A stretch of 62,941 nucleotides of DNA, the filler included, from Guillardia theta CCMP2712 (Eukaryota > Protista > Cryptophyta), in the NCBI RefSeq assembly GCF_000315625.1. It is 7 parts of 7 records of this genome, joined end to end, with 100 filler letters (N's around TTAATTAATTAA, not from the genome) between each part and the next. Parts side by side here need not be neighbours in the genome. Positions count along the whole stretch, not along the records: positions 35,504 to 44,450 come from NW_005434260.1; positions 44,551 to 52,621 come from NW_005434491.1; 5 more parts are not named here. The stretch is one strand, 5' to 3'. A model generated the notes under the pieces. The model was not told where the DNA came from, made no database searches, and saw only the letters and a list, made by a program, of their open reading frames with translations. A program made the position numbers and the translations under genes. Position 1 is the stretch's first letter; every line of letters starts with the position of its first letter. Positions 36,427 to 52,621 of the stretch are shown piece after piece.

Positions 36427-37522
36427 CTTCCTCTTTTCAAGTTCTACCTTGCAAGTTCATGCACTAGCTAGAGCTCCCGTTGCGCTCCGATCCTCCTTCT
36501 CATCCTTCTCCTCCTCCTCCTCTCCTCATCTGCGATCCGCCAGGCCGCCCACGCCTGCCATAGCCGCTGTTTGCATCGAGGGGTGGGGTGGTATACCCCT
36601 TAACAAGTAAGAAATCATACCAAATAGTTCACTCAAATGATATGGACTGGTAGTTACATCTCATAATGAGTAAAATGAAAGATTGTCATTCGCGAGATAG
36701 CAAAGATCCAGTTCGCCTCAGAGTCTTTGCTAGGAGAGTATTGAGGACAGAAACATTCGCCACATTCGGAACCCGGTCAGTTCGGAACCCCTCTCTATCA
36801 TTCGGATTCCCACGGTGTGACAGTCATGTTCTGATAGGATCATCATGGCATGCTGAAGCCTGCCCCCACTGACGCGTCCCCGGCGACCCCACAGGAAGGC
36901 CCGGCCGGGCCTCTCAGCCGGGCCCGCCGCCGACTCAGTGCTCTGAGTCCAGTAGAGTCCACTGGCAGCGCAGCCATGACTCACGTGGTGACCCGGCCGG
37001 TGAACTTTTCAAGTACAAGTTTGAAAACTTCCTCACCCCCCTTTATTCAGGGTTTTCATGGTCAAAAGGACCGGTACCACAAAGTCACACGAAAAAAAAA
37101 GGCTCCCATCGGTTCAATTTACCGACTACCCTGGACTTTCCTAATCATTCATGCTGATCAGGGGGGGTAGGGTATCCTTGGTCATATACTCAGGGTGGGG
37201 GTAGTCAGGGGACCAGGATTCTTCCCTAGGGAGGTGGGGGTGATCAATATGATGAGATGTGGTGGAGGTAGTCAACAGTTCTGTTCGGGGTGGGGGTCAG
37301 GCCCGTTGGGCCGATTCATGTCCAATCGGAACAGGACTGGAGGGTAAAAGAAATGGCGATGATGGCGAAGAAAGATTGCGAAAGAGAGGAGGGAGCTTGA
37401 AGGTCTTACTCGCGTCATCCCATCACATCTCTCCATTGTGTATCGAATGATTGAGAGCAAGGAAGGAAAATAAGATTGGTTCCCTCAAAGAGCACTCACA
37501 GTTGTTGTACATCCTCGTCAAG

Positions 37523-39582
37523 ATGGGCTGCGGGTCCTCTAAGGCAGCGCATGCAGAGGCGCCTCAAGTCAAATCTGGCGATGAACCAGAGGAAGTGAAG
37601 GATGCCGAGGAGCCTCAAGTGAAGTCTAGTGATCAAGCGGAGGAAGTGAAAGAACAACACAAAGGAGGGGAACAGCGGATTGCCAGTCCTGTGAACGAGA
37701 GCCCAGCGGTGGAAGAGAAAGTCTACGTGCAAGCAGCTATTTACGGCCCTCCTGGATCGAACAAGTCGAATCTTTGTGAGCAACTCGCAGCTTCGATAGC
37801 ACAAGGAGGTCTAGGTACCCCTCCTCCACACCCCTTCCCTGCTGCCTCCTCGACCACTTTCCCTGCTACACCTGACGTGACGTGACGATGATCTCTAGGT
37901 CTCCGGCACTTCACCATGGGTGAGATTCAAAGGATGGCGATCCGAGGGAATACCGAACTCGGTCCGAAGGTGATGAAGATGAAAATTATTTCACTCTGAG
38001 AGAGAGAGGGGGGAAGGGAGGAGGAGAGTAGAAGAACATAGGGCAGGAGGAGAGGAGAAGACAAAAGAACAAGATAGGACACGAGGAGAGATTAGCCTGC
38101 GATGATGATGAGGGATGGTGCAGGTGAAGCAAGCCATGGCTGAGAAGTTCAAGAAAGACAAGGATGCGAAAGACAAAAGCTTCAAGGGGCAGCCCTCCGG
38201 ACCCTCTGATGAGTTGAACGCGCAAGTGATCGCATGGGTGCTGGAAAATCAGGAAAGCCAGGGGGAGGAGGAGGAAGGAGGAGGAGGAAGGGGGGGAGGG
38301 GGGGGGGAGGGGGAAGAGGAGGAGGAGGAGGAGGAATGGGGGGGTGCCGGGGGGTTGACGAAAGTTTGTCAGAAGCCGGAGAACGGTTGGATTCTTGACG
38401 GTTATCCCACGACCATGGAGCAAGTAAAGAGCCTGAAGGAACAGGGTGAGCATTTGATGGGAGCTTGTGGGTTGTTGTGATAGATGCCGCAGGTATTGAT
38501 ATCCAACAAGCGGTGATCGTAGTAACACCTGACGCTGAACTCGTTCGGTCAGGAGGAGGAGGAGGAGGAGGAGGAGGAGGAGGAGGAGGAGGAGGAGGAG
38601 GAGGAGAAGGAGGAGACTTTGGTAGGGTTCAGGGGTTATGAGGAGGGAGATATGAGTAGAGGACGGGCAGGAGGAGGAGAGGAGGAGGACATTGTGGCAA
38701 CGGGTTTGTGAAAATGACTAGAAGAGACGTTTTTGTGCCTTGAAAGTTCGTCAACTCAATCTGACTTCAGGTTGATGACTGGGAGGAGGATGGATCTCGA
38801 AGAATCAAAGATCTACCATCTCGAAGGTGGTCCCCTCACTGCTCTGACCTGCTGTGACATGTTCTTGTCGCCATGTTAGGGATTGGGGGTTATGAAAAGC
38901 CTCCCGAGGAGGTTCGACAGATGTCAATCCCTTGCATCGTGACGGTTGACTCGTGGGTTGATCAGATCAAAGATAGATTGGTCCAGCGCAAAGATGACCA
39001 AGAGGAGAAAGTTCTGGAGAAATTAAACGAGTACCATGGTAATGATGTTGAGACATCAGAATCTTGTTATGACATGCTGTTCGCACTTGTAGCTGTGTTT
39101 GACCAGGTCGAGAACTTGTTTCCGCAAGTTTTCAAGGTTTTGCAGTCTCAGAAGACGGTCTCTCAGAAGGTGATGATTGTTGTCAGGTTGACGGAACTCT
39201 CGATTTGACTGAGACGATCCCGTCGTTGTTGAGGTTTATGAAGAAACCTCAGAAGACAAGTGCGGTGAGGAACTGAGAGAGGTGTGGTTTGAAATGTGAG
39301 ATGTTTCTGTTTGTCAACAAGGCCAAGGACGGCAAGTCTGGCAAAGATGCCAAGAGCAACGGCAACAACCATGAAAAGAAAGTTGAGATCAGGTCTGAGG
39401 GTGGCGATGAAGCGCAGAACAAGAAAGACCCAACAAGAGGAGAAGAAGACAACAATCCTGTATGATCACACGTAGAAAGCCTTGGTTAGATGACGATATT
39501 GTGTGCTAAGGTGTCCGGAAGCAGCCATGTAAACAGCAACGATGCTGAAACAGGGAAGAAAGACGAAATTAACGAGGAGTGA
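37523..39582 (+). CDS. Adenylate-kinase-like protein with N-terminal acylation motif, multi-exon
   Basis: Start MGCGSSK; P-loop IYGPPGSNKS; GWILDGYPTTMEQ; LID-like GRRMDLEESKIYHL; RLVQRKDDQEEKVLEKLNEYH. Confidence 0.78.
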
Positions 39583-39719
39583 ACATGGTTGAAACGACTT
39601 CAATCAGGCGATTGGATTAGAAAGACATATTGGCTGTGGTTGAACGTCATGTTGCACCTTTTTACCTTCCCGCGGAGAGTTATCATACGAAAAGCATGTA
39701 AATGAAAAGATTCAAGATA

Positions 39720-40399
39720 GTGATGGTGATAACGATTAGAAGCTCCTTCTTCTGTTCTGTAGATACCACAAAGTGTCAAGAGACCATTCTCAACATGCAT
39801 CTTTCACCGATATTGAAAGTTCCAGGGAACGTGTTGATTTGTTTCTGAATATCATCCATCATGACCCTTTCCTTGGCCTGCGTCGAGCAACTTGTAACTG
39901 CAAACTCACGCTCCGCTCCTCTCACCCGAACTTGCTCGTCCCCCTGGTTTTCATTCAGCTCCTGCAAGGAGTGCAGTCAGAGTGGATATGACATGTTTGC
40001 TGTAGCACACACCGCTTGCAGCTTGTGGAATTGAGTTCTGATCAGATTCATCTGACGTGTTGCGAGTCAGTGAAGAGGTGATGGTGGTGGGAGGGGCAGA
40101 CCTGATTGTGTCTCTCCCTGTTGTGCTCCTCGATCTGATGGGAAGAAGTTAGAAATAAGTGCTCTGCGACTGAAGAATGAGGGGAGAGAGGAGAGGAGAG
40201 GAGAGGAGAGGACAGGACAGGACAGGACAGGACAGGACAGGACAGGACAGGACAGGACAGGACAGGACAGGACAGGACAGGACAGGACAGGACAGGAAAG
40301 AACAGGAGGGGAGAAAGGAGATATATTGTAAGTGAAATAAACAACTTAAGTCAATGTTGCATCATCATCATCATCATCACCACCACCACCACCACCACC

Positions 40400-40431
<32 letters not shown>

Positions 40432-41780
40432 CAACAACTACATCAACCATCATCATCACCGTCATTTTAATTCCTTCTTCTCACCTCTTGTTGTTCAGTG
40501 TGAAACTTCAAAGAGGCCTTTTGCAGCTGTTCCAATCGTTCTTCGAGCTTTTGGGTCCTTAGAGCATGTTCAGCGCGCTCCTCGCATCTCAGCAAGAGTT
40601 GTACAAGTAAACATTTGACGAGCTCAGCAACGTTCGATGATGCTGGCGCGATTCATGAGACAGGATGGAGTGAACGACTTCAAAGGTGAATGTTATCGGC
40701 ATCCCTGACAACAAGCATGAATGTTGTAGGACAATCTTTCTTTGAGTAACCATGGTCGTCGTGTATCTTCCAATCGTTCCCGTACATCTTGCAAGGAGAT
40801 GTCATGTGCTCACATGTAGTACAAGCAGACAAGAGACATGCAGTGGCAGTTTTATCTGAACGTCGTCCATGAGCAGAAGCTGGAACAAATGTATCTGTGA
40901 GATCCCTGCACATGAGAATCGTCAGTGAGATGTCGACAAAGAGAACAGACGCTCTTCCTAGCACTGTTGAATTTGCGAACAAGTTGGATTTTGGCGCCAT
41001 GAGGATGAAACGGATGGACATGTCGAAGATGTCTTCGTTCTTGGGAATGTGAAGCTGTTGATTTTTGATAACATCACAACCATACCCTAGCAATCCTCCC
41101 AACTCTCCTCCTCCTCCTCTCTCCTCCTCCTCTCTCCTCCTCTCTCCTCCTCTCTCCTCCTCTCTCCTCCCCCTCCTTGCTCCCACCCTGAAAGCACCTT
41201 CCTCTCCATATCCCCGGCCCTTTGTCTCTCCTTCCACCTCCTCCTCCTCACCTTGATTTCTTCACTCCAGATGGGAAAACCATTGTAGACATCTCTTACC
41301 GAGCTTCTCGCCTTCTCACTGTCCCAAGTCACCCGAGGAGGGGGGAGAGGTGCTGCTCACTTTGATTTCTCCTCCTTGATGAAGAGCGAGGCCTCGACAA
41401 AACAGCTGCTGACTGAGCTGAGCAAGAAAACATCACATGCTCTGCACCATGGGCAACATGCAAATATTTCACTTCTCCCAGAATGATGAGCTCAACNNNN
41501 NNNNNNNNNNNNNNNNNNNNNNNNNNNNNNNNNNNNNNNNNNNNNNNNNNNNNNNNNNNNNNNNNNNNNNNNNNNNNNNNNNNNNNNNNNNNNNNNACCT
41601 GTTTGTTGTCTGCTTGTGAACAAGCTCGAGGTATTTTTCCTGTCGTTATCATTCGAGAGCACAAACAAAAAGTTTGTTACTTTACAAGCGGGAATTTTGA
41701 TTCGACGTATTTGTCGACCATGTTGTCATATTTCCACGCCATCACTCGAATCTGTAGAAGACATCATTACGAATCCACAC
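39720..41780 (-). CDS. Exons with C2-like and coiled-coil segments (possibly the 3' part of the adjacent C2 gene)
   Basis: GFPIWSEEIK and FDMSIRFILMAPKSNLFANSTVLGRASV resemble C2 strands; coiled-coil exons follow. Confidence 0.4.
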
Positions 41781-41815
41781 AAACATTAAACAGATGATCC
41801 AAATTGAATCATCAT

Positions 41816-41851
<36 letters not shown>

Positions 41852-41859
41852 TACCACCA

Positions 41860-44449
<2,590 letters not shown>

Positions 44450-44559
44450 CNNNNNNNNNNNNNNNNNNNNNNNNNNNNNNNNNNNNNNNNNNNNTTAATT
44501 AATTAANNNNNNNNNNNNNNNNNNNNNNNNNNNNNNNNNNNNNNNNNNNNGAGCAGGAG

Positions 44560-44647
44560 AGAACGACGAGCAAAAGCCATACGCCTCACATTCCTTCCAT
44601 CTCGCTCAGCACAATCACTTCTGTATGTGCCGATATGTTTCAAAAAC

Positions 44648-44682
<35 letters not shown>

Positions 44683-45721
44683 CAGAAGCAGGAGGAGGGG
44701 GAGGAGGAGGAGGGGGAGCTGGAGAAGGAGGAGGACGAGGAGGATGGAAACATACTTTGCAGCTCTTCAGCCAGTGCAAGGTCGCTCAGGAGGGAGGCCG
44801 ATACATCCCTCCTGCTGTAGCACTGCAGAGTCGCCTGCTCGCAGGAGATGAGAACTTTCACACCTACCCGTCATGCTCGTTCCTCTTCGAGACACTGGAG
44901 GAGGAGGACGAGGAGGTGTTGGCACTCCCGGATGGCCCTGCAGGACGGACGATTCAGCCCCCTCCCTCCTTCCTCCTCCGCCCCCCCAGCTAGCCTCCAC
45001 CTGAGAGCTTCAGTGTTCCCATCATCCATGGACAAGCTTTCTATCAGCTTCGCCTCCTCCCTCAACGTCTCTCTTATCCTCCCCCTCAGCTCCTCGCTGG
45101 AGAGGATCCAGACGCTGTTCTTGCTGCTGCCATCGCAGAGCTGCAGACCGTCAGACGCTAATAACTTTTCCTCCCTCCCTCCCTCCCTCCCTCCCTCCCT
45201 CCAGCCTCTGGCCTCCCTGCTTGCCTACCTGCCTGCCTCTCTGTAATCCTCTCGCCTCTTCCTCCTTCCAACTCCCCTCAACCTCCTCTCCCCTCACATG
45301 CAGCATCAGCTTCGCCGCTGCCACTCTCGCCTCCGTCCATCGGCGATCTTCTACAGCGCCTGGAATGCCATGGCTCCCCAACACCTGCGATTCGATAAGT
45401 CGCTGCTGCCCTCCCTTGCAGCCTCGTCACGTTGGAGAGGAAAGCGAGCAGATCGCAGCCATGCAGGTGGTTCCGAGCGGCGGACATAGCGTCACATTGT
45501 TGCATCTCCTTCGCTTTGAGCATCGACAGCAGACGCTCGCAGGTCAGCAGCGCCTCTCGATCATTATACATCTTCCGCGCCATGTTGTCTTCATCGCGGT
45601 TGGTCCATTCCTTGGCCATGGCCTCTCCTTGTTCCACCACTGCAGCATCGAACCTTGAGAGGAGCTCGCTTCTTGGCGTCAGGATCCTCTTTCCGTCCCC
45701 TGATCCATTTTGATCAGTCAT
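44560..45721 (-). CDS. Hypothetical helical protein, multi-exon
   Basis: The 147-aa ORF 45278-45721 and downstream exon-like ORFs have coding-like composition. Confidence 0.45.
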
Positions 45722-47227
45722 TGTGCTATACTAGGTCCTCTCCTTTTCCTCTCTCGTCTCGTCTCGTCTCTCCTCCCCTCCCCTCCCATCAGGGCCTCTC
45801 CTCCCCTCCCCTCTCCTCTCCTCTCCTCTCCTCTCCTCTCACCCCATGTCTCATGTACATCTCGCGCTGCCCACGCGTCCTCCCACCATGTCGGCAGACT
45901 CATTGCGAGCCCGACAGACAGGCCGAACGGGTCAAGACATTTGAGGTGTAGAGTACCCCTCCATACCCAGTCAAATGAAGGGGTGAGGGTAATTTGGCTG
46001 TTAATTTCATTTAAAATCAAATTGAATAATATTTGCAGGATACTCAAAGACTTTATTTGCCGGATTTCGTCCTATGGAAACTCCGGAGAAACTTTCTTTA
46101 AACTGTTTTCAGCCCCTCATAAAGCCTTTGCCTCATCACCCCTCACCCCCAATAAACTTCTATGTACCCCTACCCATCTTCTGACTATATTTAACCCTAC
46201 CCTTATCCATGTATGTATGTACCCCCACCCCCTTTGTTCGGATGTCCCCCTCAACTCCTTCTGTGTTGAACTCCGTTCCGACAACCACCATCACCCCCCC
46301 TTGCGACTGCCGTAACCACTACCCCTACCCACTCCTTAGAGCCATTGGTACCGTTCTTGCTCTCCACCCTCCAGTCCACCACTAAACTGTAAACCCTACC
46401 CTCTTTATCAGTGCAAATTACCTTAAAAGTACCCCTTCAACAAGCACCCTACCCGTACTTTTGTTCACCTACCCTCCCCCAACCCACCCTCCTAAAAAAA
46501 AAAAAGAACAATTCGAAGAGTCACATTGATGGCTGCTATTTAAGGGGCTGGGGGTACTCCATGGGGGGAGGGGGTGGGAAATGGGAAAACTTGGGGTACT
46601 CATACAGAAACTGCCTATGAACTTCCGGGGGCGGGTACAGTTGATAAGCACAAGGAGGGGTGTGTTATAACGGAGTTCGGAGGGAAACCTAAGGGGTGGG
46701 TAGTGAAGTCTTTGATTCAGAGGGGTAGGGTGATGAAATGGGTTCTAGGGACAGGGGTGGGTAGAAGTACAGAGGAAGAGGATTGTATGTGAGGCGACAA
46801 AGTTGTGTGGAGCAAGGAGGCTGGGAGAAGAGGAGGAAGGGGTGAAGTGAAGGGAGCATCCAAGTGCAAGATCATGTTAGCCATTTGCGAGATGAACGAT
46901 GATCTATGAACTAGATGAACAAGTAGTCGCTTCAGAGAGAGTTTTGTGCCCTACGGTGGACTTGGCTTGCTCGTTTTCGCTCTTTCGTGATTTGCTGTTG
47001 GTTTTGTTTGTCTTTATGTAGATTGTTTGTGATTTTCCTGTGTGAGATTTATCAGCCAAAGTGTATATGTGCACATCAAAGATGAGATTCCGACTCCACA
47101 TGTATCGTGTCACAGAACATAATCTGTACCCAAGGACAGGATTTGTACCTGTGTGAATGACAAGTATAATTTCCTGGAGCATGCAGTTTGCGAGGGCAAC
47201 GATGACATTGAACTTCTGCTGCTGCAG

Positions 47228-48744
47228 ATGTTTGACTTTGGATTCTCTGGAATTGAGCTCTCCAACCTTATCCCACAGCACTCCACTGCTCTCAGCGGTG
47301 GCGAATGGTGAGATTACGATGGCTTGTTAGCCTGAGTGATGTAATGATGGATCGCAGGCACAAGTGCGATGATCCATGGGGATGCTATCTCAACTCACAG
47401 GGCAACCCTGCTACCAACCTTTCCAACCCTCAGGGCCACACTGTCTACGTCCCTTACGGAGACAACGGCCCCAACGTGGAAGGTTGCTCCTCTGGCTCCC
47501 CCTGCTACTGCAACGGCGGCGCTACCGGCCTCGAGCCCTCGCAGCTCCACGAGATCCATAGCGGCATGGACTGCGACGGCGGCGTGACCTGCAACGGCGG
47601 CGTTACCTGCAACGGCGGTGCGGAGTGCAACGGCGGCGCTGACTGCAACGGAGGCGCTACCGGCCTCGAGCCCTCGCAGCTCCACGAGATCCATAGCGGC
47701 ATGGACTGCAACGGCGGCGTGACCTGCAACAGCGGCGTTACCTGCAACGGCGGTGCGGAGTGCAACGGCGGCGCTGACTGCAACGGAGGCGCTACCGGCC
47801 TCGAGCCCTCGCAGCTCCACGAGATCCATAGCGGCATGGACTGCGACGGCGGCGTGACCTGCAACGGCGGCGTTACCTGCAACGGCGGTGCGGAGTGCAA
47901 CGGCGGCGCTGACTGCAACGGAGGCGCTACCGGCCTCGAGCCCTCGCAGCTCCACGAGATCCATAGCGGCATGGACTGCGACGGCGGCGTGACCTGCAAC
48001 GGCGGCGTTACCTGCAACGGCGGTGCGGAGTGCAACGGCGGCGCTGACTGCAACGGAGGCGCTACCGGCCTCGAGCCCTCGCAGCTCCACGAGGTTCATG
48101 CTGGCGCCACCACCACATCGCTTGGTGCTGGCCCTGAGGTGACGAACTGCATGGACTGCGTACACAACTGCGTCGGTGGATCCGAGCAGGGCTGTATCCC
48201 TTCCGATCCTCCTGTAGGCAACCCCTCTCTCACGGGACAGAGCTTCCAGGTCCCTGCTCCTGCTCACTGGTACGCCAACGGTGGACATCCTGGCTCGTTG
48301 GCTCCTACCTCGGCACTCGGCGCTGGCCCCGAAGTTTCCAACTGCATGGAGTGCCCGCACAACTGCGTTGGCGGGTCTGAGACGTCCTGCCCCGTCCAGC
48401 CTCCAGGCTCGGTCTCAGCTCCTGCTCACTGGTACGCCAACGGCTGCACTGAGGCCACTGGAACTGCCAAGGAGCTTGCGGCTCCTGTCGCTGCCGCCAG
48501 CATGGAGGGCAAGAACGTGCGCGCATCGCCCGGACACCTTCTCATGTCGTGCCATGCCTTCACCCTCGCTGCTCTCCAGGTTATTCGCACCGCTCGCTTC
48601 TCCTCTGCTCCTCTTCTCTGACATGTCTGGCAGGGCATCGCCAAGGGTGACTTCAGCAAGTTTGCGGAGGATGCTGCCGCCAACGCTGAGGCCGTCACTC
48701 CCCTCGGAGGATACCTGATCCGCAAGGAGCTTGTGACCAACTAG
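47228..48744 (+). CDS. Cys/Gly-rich repeat protein (CNGG repeats)
   Basis: Proposed exon MFDFGFSGIELSNLIPQHSTALSGGE, intron 47308-47357, then a main exon with strongly GC3-biased codons and a last exon GIAKGDFSKFAEDAA...ELVTN* ending at 48744. Confidence 0.72.
47509..48093 (+). repeat. 135-bp (45-aa) coding tandem array, 4+ copies, with nested 18-bp CNGGxx units
   Basis: ctcgag at 47530, 47665, 47800, 47935 and 48070. Confidence 0.95.
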
Positions 48745-49864
48745 ACATGTCCTGTCCTGGTAGTGGTCTCGGACATGCAGCACGTGCCTCAGGTGTTGTG
48801 TAGGACGTGTTGAGTGTGTGTGGTGTGACGACGAGAGCGCTTCTGCTCTCTTCTTGTCTGACTGCCTGTGTTAAATGCGGACTTGAAATATTGGTCTGCA
48901 GTTTGTTGTTAAACCTGATATAAGCACAGCTCCTCTCCTCTCCTCCCTGCTGCTCTTCCTCCCTCCTCCAACCTTCTACACCCATCAACACCCTTCTTCC
49001 GCTTCCTTCCCTTCCCCTCTCCCTCCCCTCTCCCTCCCCTCTCGCTATCAGATATGGGGGCCGCAGATCGGGGGGGGAAATTGATTTCACTACGACTCAG
49101 GTACGGAGGGACGGAGGGGCCGTAGAGGGAAGATTCCCGGCGCTATGGGCAGAGGATCGCAGAGGTCAGAGAGCTATCCCCATACCCCCCCCCTCCTCGT
49201 TCTCCACCTCCTCTTCCTCTTCCTCCCTCTCCTCCTCCTCCTCCTTCCTCCCCGCTTTTCTCTGACCCGTTCGCGTATCCCCGCCAGTCTGTGCTCAACC
49301 AGGACGGGGGCGAAGGGGCGTATCGCCAGGGCGAGGAGCATAAGAGGGAGCGGAGAGGACCAGGAGGGTCAGAGCAGGAGCACATGAAGCGACAACTCCG
49401 TCCATGGTCGTGAACTTGTGAGAACATTCTAGAGCGGCGCGCGGGGCCCTGGCGGCATGCTCTACCCCAGCGTGGGATAGGTCGATTACACACAGGGAGG
49501 AGCAGGCAGCATGAAGCTTGTCCTCTTCCTGATCGCTTCCTCCCTCCTCTCCTTGCTCCACCTCGCCTCCTCTATCAACTTGAGGCCCCCGACGACCATG
49601 CTCAGCGCAATGCGGAGCAACGCCGACACGCTGGGGACGAGGATGTCGTGGCATGCGAGCAACATGATGAGGAGGAGTCGGAGGGGCTGTGAGATGGTCG
49701 GGAGTAGGAGGAAAGAGCTGCCTTGCTTGCGAGCATGGTCACTTCCATCCGCCGCTATGGTTTGCCGGCTCTTGTTCTTGTGCATGTCTGATGGAGCACT
49801 CAGATGAAAGTTGGGCTAACATGCGCCGTTGCCTCCCTCTTGCCTTTCACGATCTACAGGAGGT

Positions 49865-49915
<51 letters not shown>

Positions 49916-50561
49916 GGAGGAGGAGGAGGAGGACGTTTCCGATACCGAAGGCAGAGGGTTTGATGAAGTGATCCATTGCGATGCGACTCACCTGCAAAAG
50001 AACACAAACATGGCAAACTTTTACAGCTGTGTTGACTAATGCTTCAAAACCAGATGGATGTCAATCCAGGCAGGGAGGAAGTTTCGCGAGAGAGCAGCTC
50101 TGTACATGACGATTCCCCTGATCTCAGGTTCTCAAGGTTGGTAAATGTTGCAATGAGGTAAGATTTGTCGGCAGGAATTCTCAACTGGGCCACAAACAGG
50201 CTTGCGGTGAACGACAGGGCTGCGATAGCAATCAGTGTGAGGTTTTTCCTGTAGGTGTGGATGATTTTCAACCCTCAAGAATTTTATGGAATTCCGTTCA
50301 TCTCAAGGTTCTTGCAAGTCTGACCTGCCCTTATCTCTTCCTTCCCACCTCCTTTCTCATATCGTCTCCTCTCGTCCTCTTTCCTTCCCACCATCTCCTC
50401 CTCTCCTCCTGCTCTCCTTTCCTTTCTTAGAATTTCAAATTTCTTGACTTGTGCTGGTCTTTCTTTGCCTGCGTGTTCTGCAGGAAGATTGAGGGACAAC
50501 CGCTTGGTTGGTTTGGATGGCAGGGGATTGTAAGCTGAAGAATACTCCTTCCATATTTCTT

Positions 50562-50609
<48 letters not shown>

Positions 50610-50813
50610 CCTCCTCCTCCTCCTCCTCCTCCTCCTCCTCCTCCTGCTCCTGCTCCTCCTCCTTCTCCTCCTTCTCCTCCTGCTCCTCCTGCTCCTCCTC
50701 CTCCTCCTCCTCCTCCTCCTCCTCTTCCTCCTCCCTCTTTCTTCGTCCCCTCTTTCCTCTTTACGCCTCGTTCCCCTTAAGTGCCCGGCAGGTTCCTGCC
50801 AAAGTGACCAAAA

Positions 50814-51692
50814 TGTCATCCGACATCGTTGATATCACGACAGAGGTGAAGCAAGAGAGGGGGGAAGAGGACCAGAAGGGAAGAGGAAGTCAGGGAGGGA
50901 GGGAGGAGGGAAAGGAGCAGCAGGAGCAGGAGCAGGAGCAGGAAGGAGAGGAGGGGGAGGAGGAGGAAGAGGAGCAGGGAGGGGGAGGGGAGGAGGAGGG
51001 GGGCAGATGCTCATCGAGACATTTCCAGCAACTGCTGGACGTGAAGAAGATTTTTGGGAGGATAGAGGTAAGGAGGAGGAGGAAACGATATTTCTCTTCT
51101 CAGTCTTGAACTCTAAGGAAAACCGTCTCCTCGACCACCTCAGACAAGGAAATCTCTTCGCGGCCGTTCTCAACTCAGCGAAGGTCCTCCTGCTCCTGCT
51201 CCCGCTCCCGCTCCCGCTCCTGCTCCTGATCTTCTGCTCCTTCTGCTGGTCCTCCTTCTGACCTTCTCTTTCCTCTCCTCTTTCTCTCTGCTTTCCTGAC
51301 TCTTACTCGACAGGCCTCGGAAGTACTTCCCTCTTCTCTCATCCGGTCAGCTCAATCTCTCTCCTCCCTCCTTGCTGACAGGACGGTCAGCGAGGGAGAG
51401 GCGAAGGTGGCGGGAGGAGGAGCTACCTTGACCTCGCACCTCCTCGAGCACAAAGTGAGGGAGAAAAATCAGGAGGAAGAGGCGGAAGGGGAAAAGGAGG
51501 GGGGTGGAGGGAGGCAGATGGGGACGGAGGAGGAGGTGTTGGTGGGAAGACTAGAGCGAGGATAATTCAGGGAGTACGAGGATGAAGATGATGACAACGA
51601 TGGAGGGGAGTGCGGGAGCAGCATCAAGCGCAGGCACAGGACCAGGACCAGGACCAGGACCAGGACCAGGACAAGGACAAGGACAAGGACTA

Positions 51693-51732
<40 letters not shown>

Positions 51733-52621
51733 CAGAGGCAGCAGGAGAAGGAGGAGGAGCGAGAGGAGAAGAAGCAAGAGCAGCAGGAGAGCAGCAGGAG
51801 AGCAGCAGCAGCAGCGGCAGAGGCAGCAGCAGCAGCAGCAGCAGCAGCAGCGGCAGCAGCAGCAGAGGCAGTAGCAGCAGCAGCAGCAGTAGCAGAGGCA
51901 GCAGCAGCAGCAGCGGCGGCAGAGGCAGCAGCAGCGGCAGAGGCAGCAGCAGCAGCAGCAGCGGCAGAGGCAGCAGCAGCAGCAGCAGAGGCAGCAGCAG
52001 CAGTTTGTTTGTTCTGACTGTAAGTGCAGACGGAGAGGATTGTCATGCGTGTCATTCGAGCGCTCAAGAAGGATCCGCTGAAGTTCTGCCCCCTGAAATC
52101 AGCGTGAGTCTCCTCATCCTCCTCATCCTTCTCTTCCTCCTCCACCTTCGCTGCTGCTGCTGCTGCTGCTGCTGCTCCTGTTCTTCCTTCTACTCTATTC
52201 CTTCTCCTACCACTACTACTCTTCCTGCTCCTACTCCTGCTCTTCTTGTTGCTCTTGCTCCTGCTCTTCCTCTTGTTGCTTCTTCCTTCTGCTCCTTCAT
52301 GTCTTCTCTCCTCCCTCTCTTTCTCTCGGTCGTTCAACTCACCTGACGCTTCAGCGTCGTGGACGACATGACGAGGAACAAGATGCTCTTATGCGAACTT
52401 TTTCAGAGGTCTGACTTGGATGATGACGATGACGATGACGATGACGATGATGATGATGATGATGATGATGATAAGGAGGACAAAGAGGAAGAGGAGGAGG
52501 AGGAGGAGGAGGAGGAGGAGGAGGGCGGAAAGCAGACAAGGAGAGGGCGAGACGAGGACTGTCCTCCGAAATGACAGAAGGAGCAGGTGCGGGCGGCAGG
52601 AGCTCAAGTTTCTCGTCTTCA
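50814..52621 (+). CDS. Hypothetical multi-exon protein with microsatellite introns
   Basis: Short exon-like blocks (SKENRLLDHLRQGNLFAAVLNSAK; DDMTRNKMLLCELFQ) with splice signals. Confidence 0.35.

Noticed and set aside
47395-48360. Long antisense ORFs over the CNGG repeat gene
   Set aside because: They are shadows of a GC3-biased repetitive coding strand.
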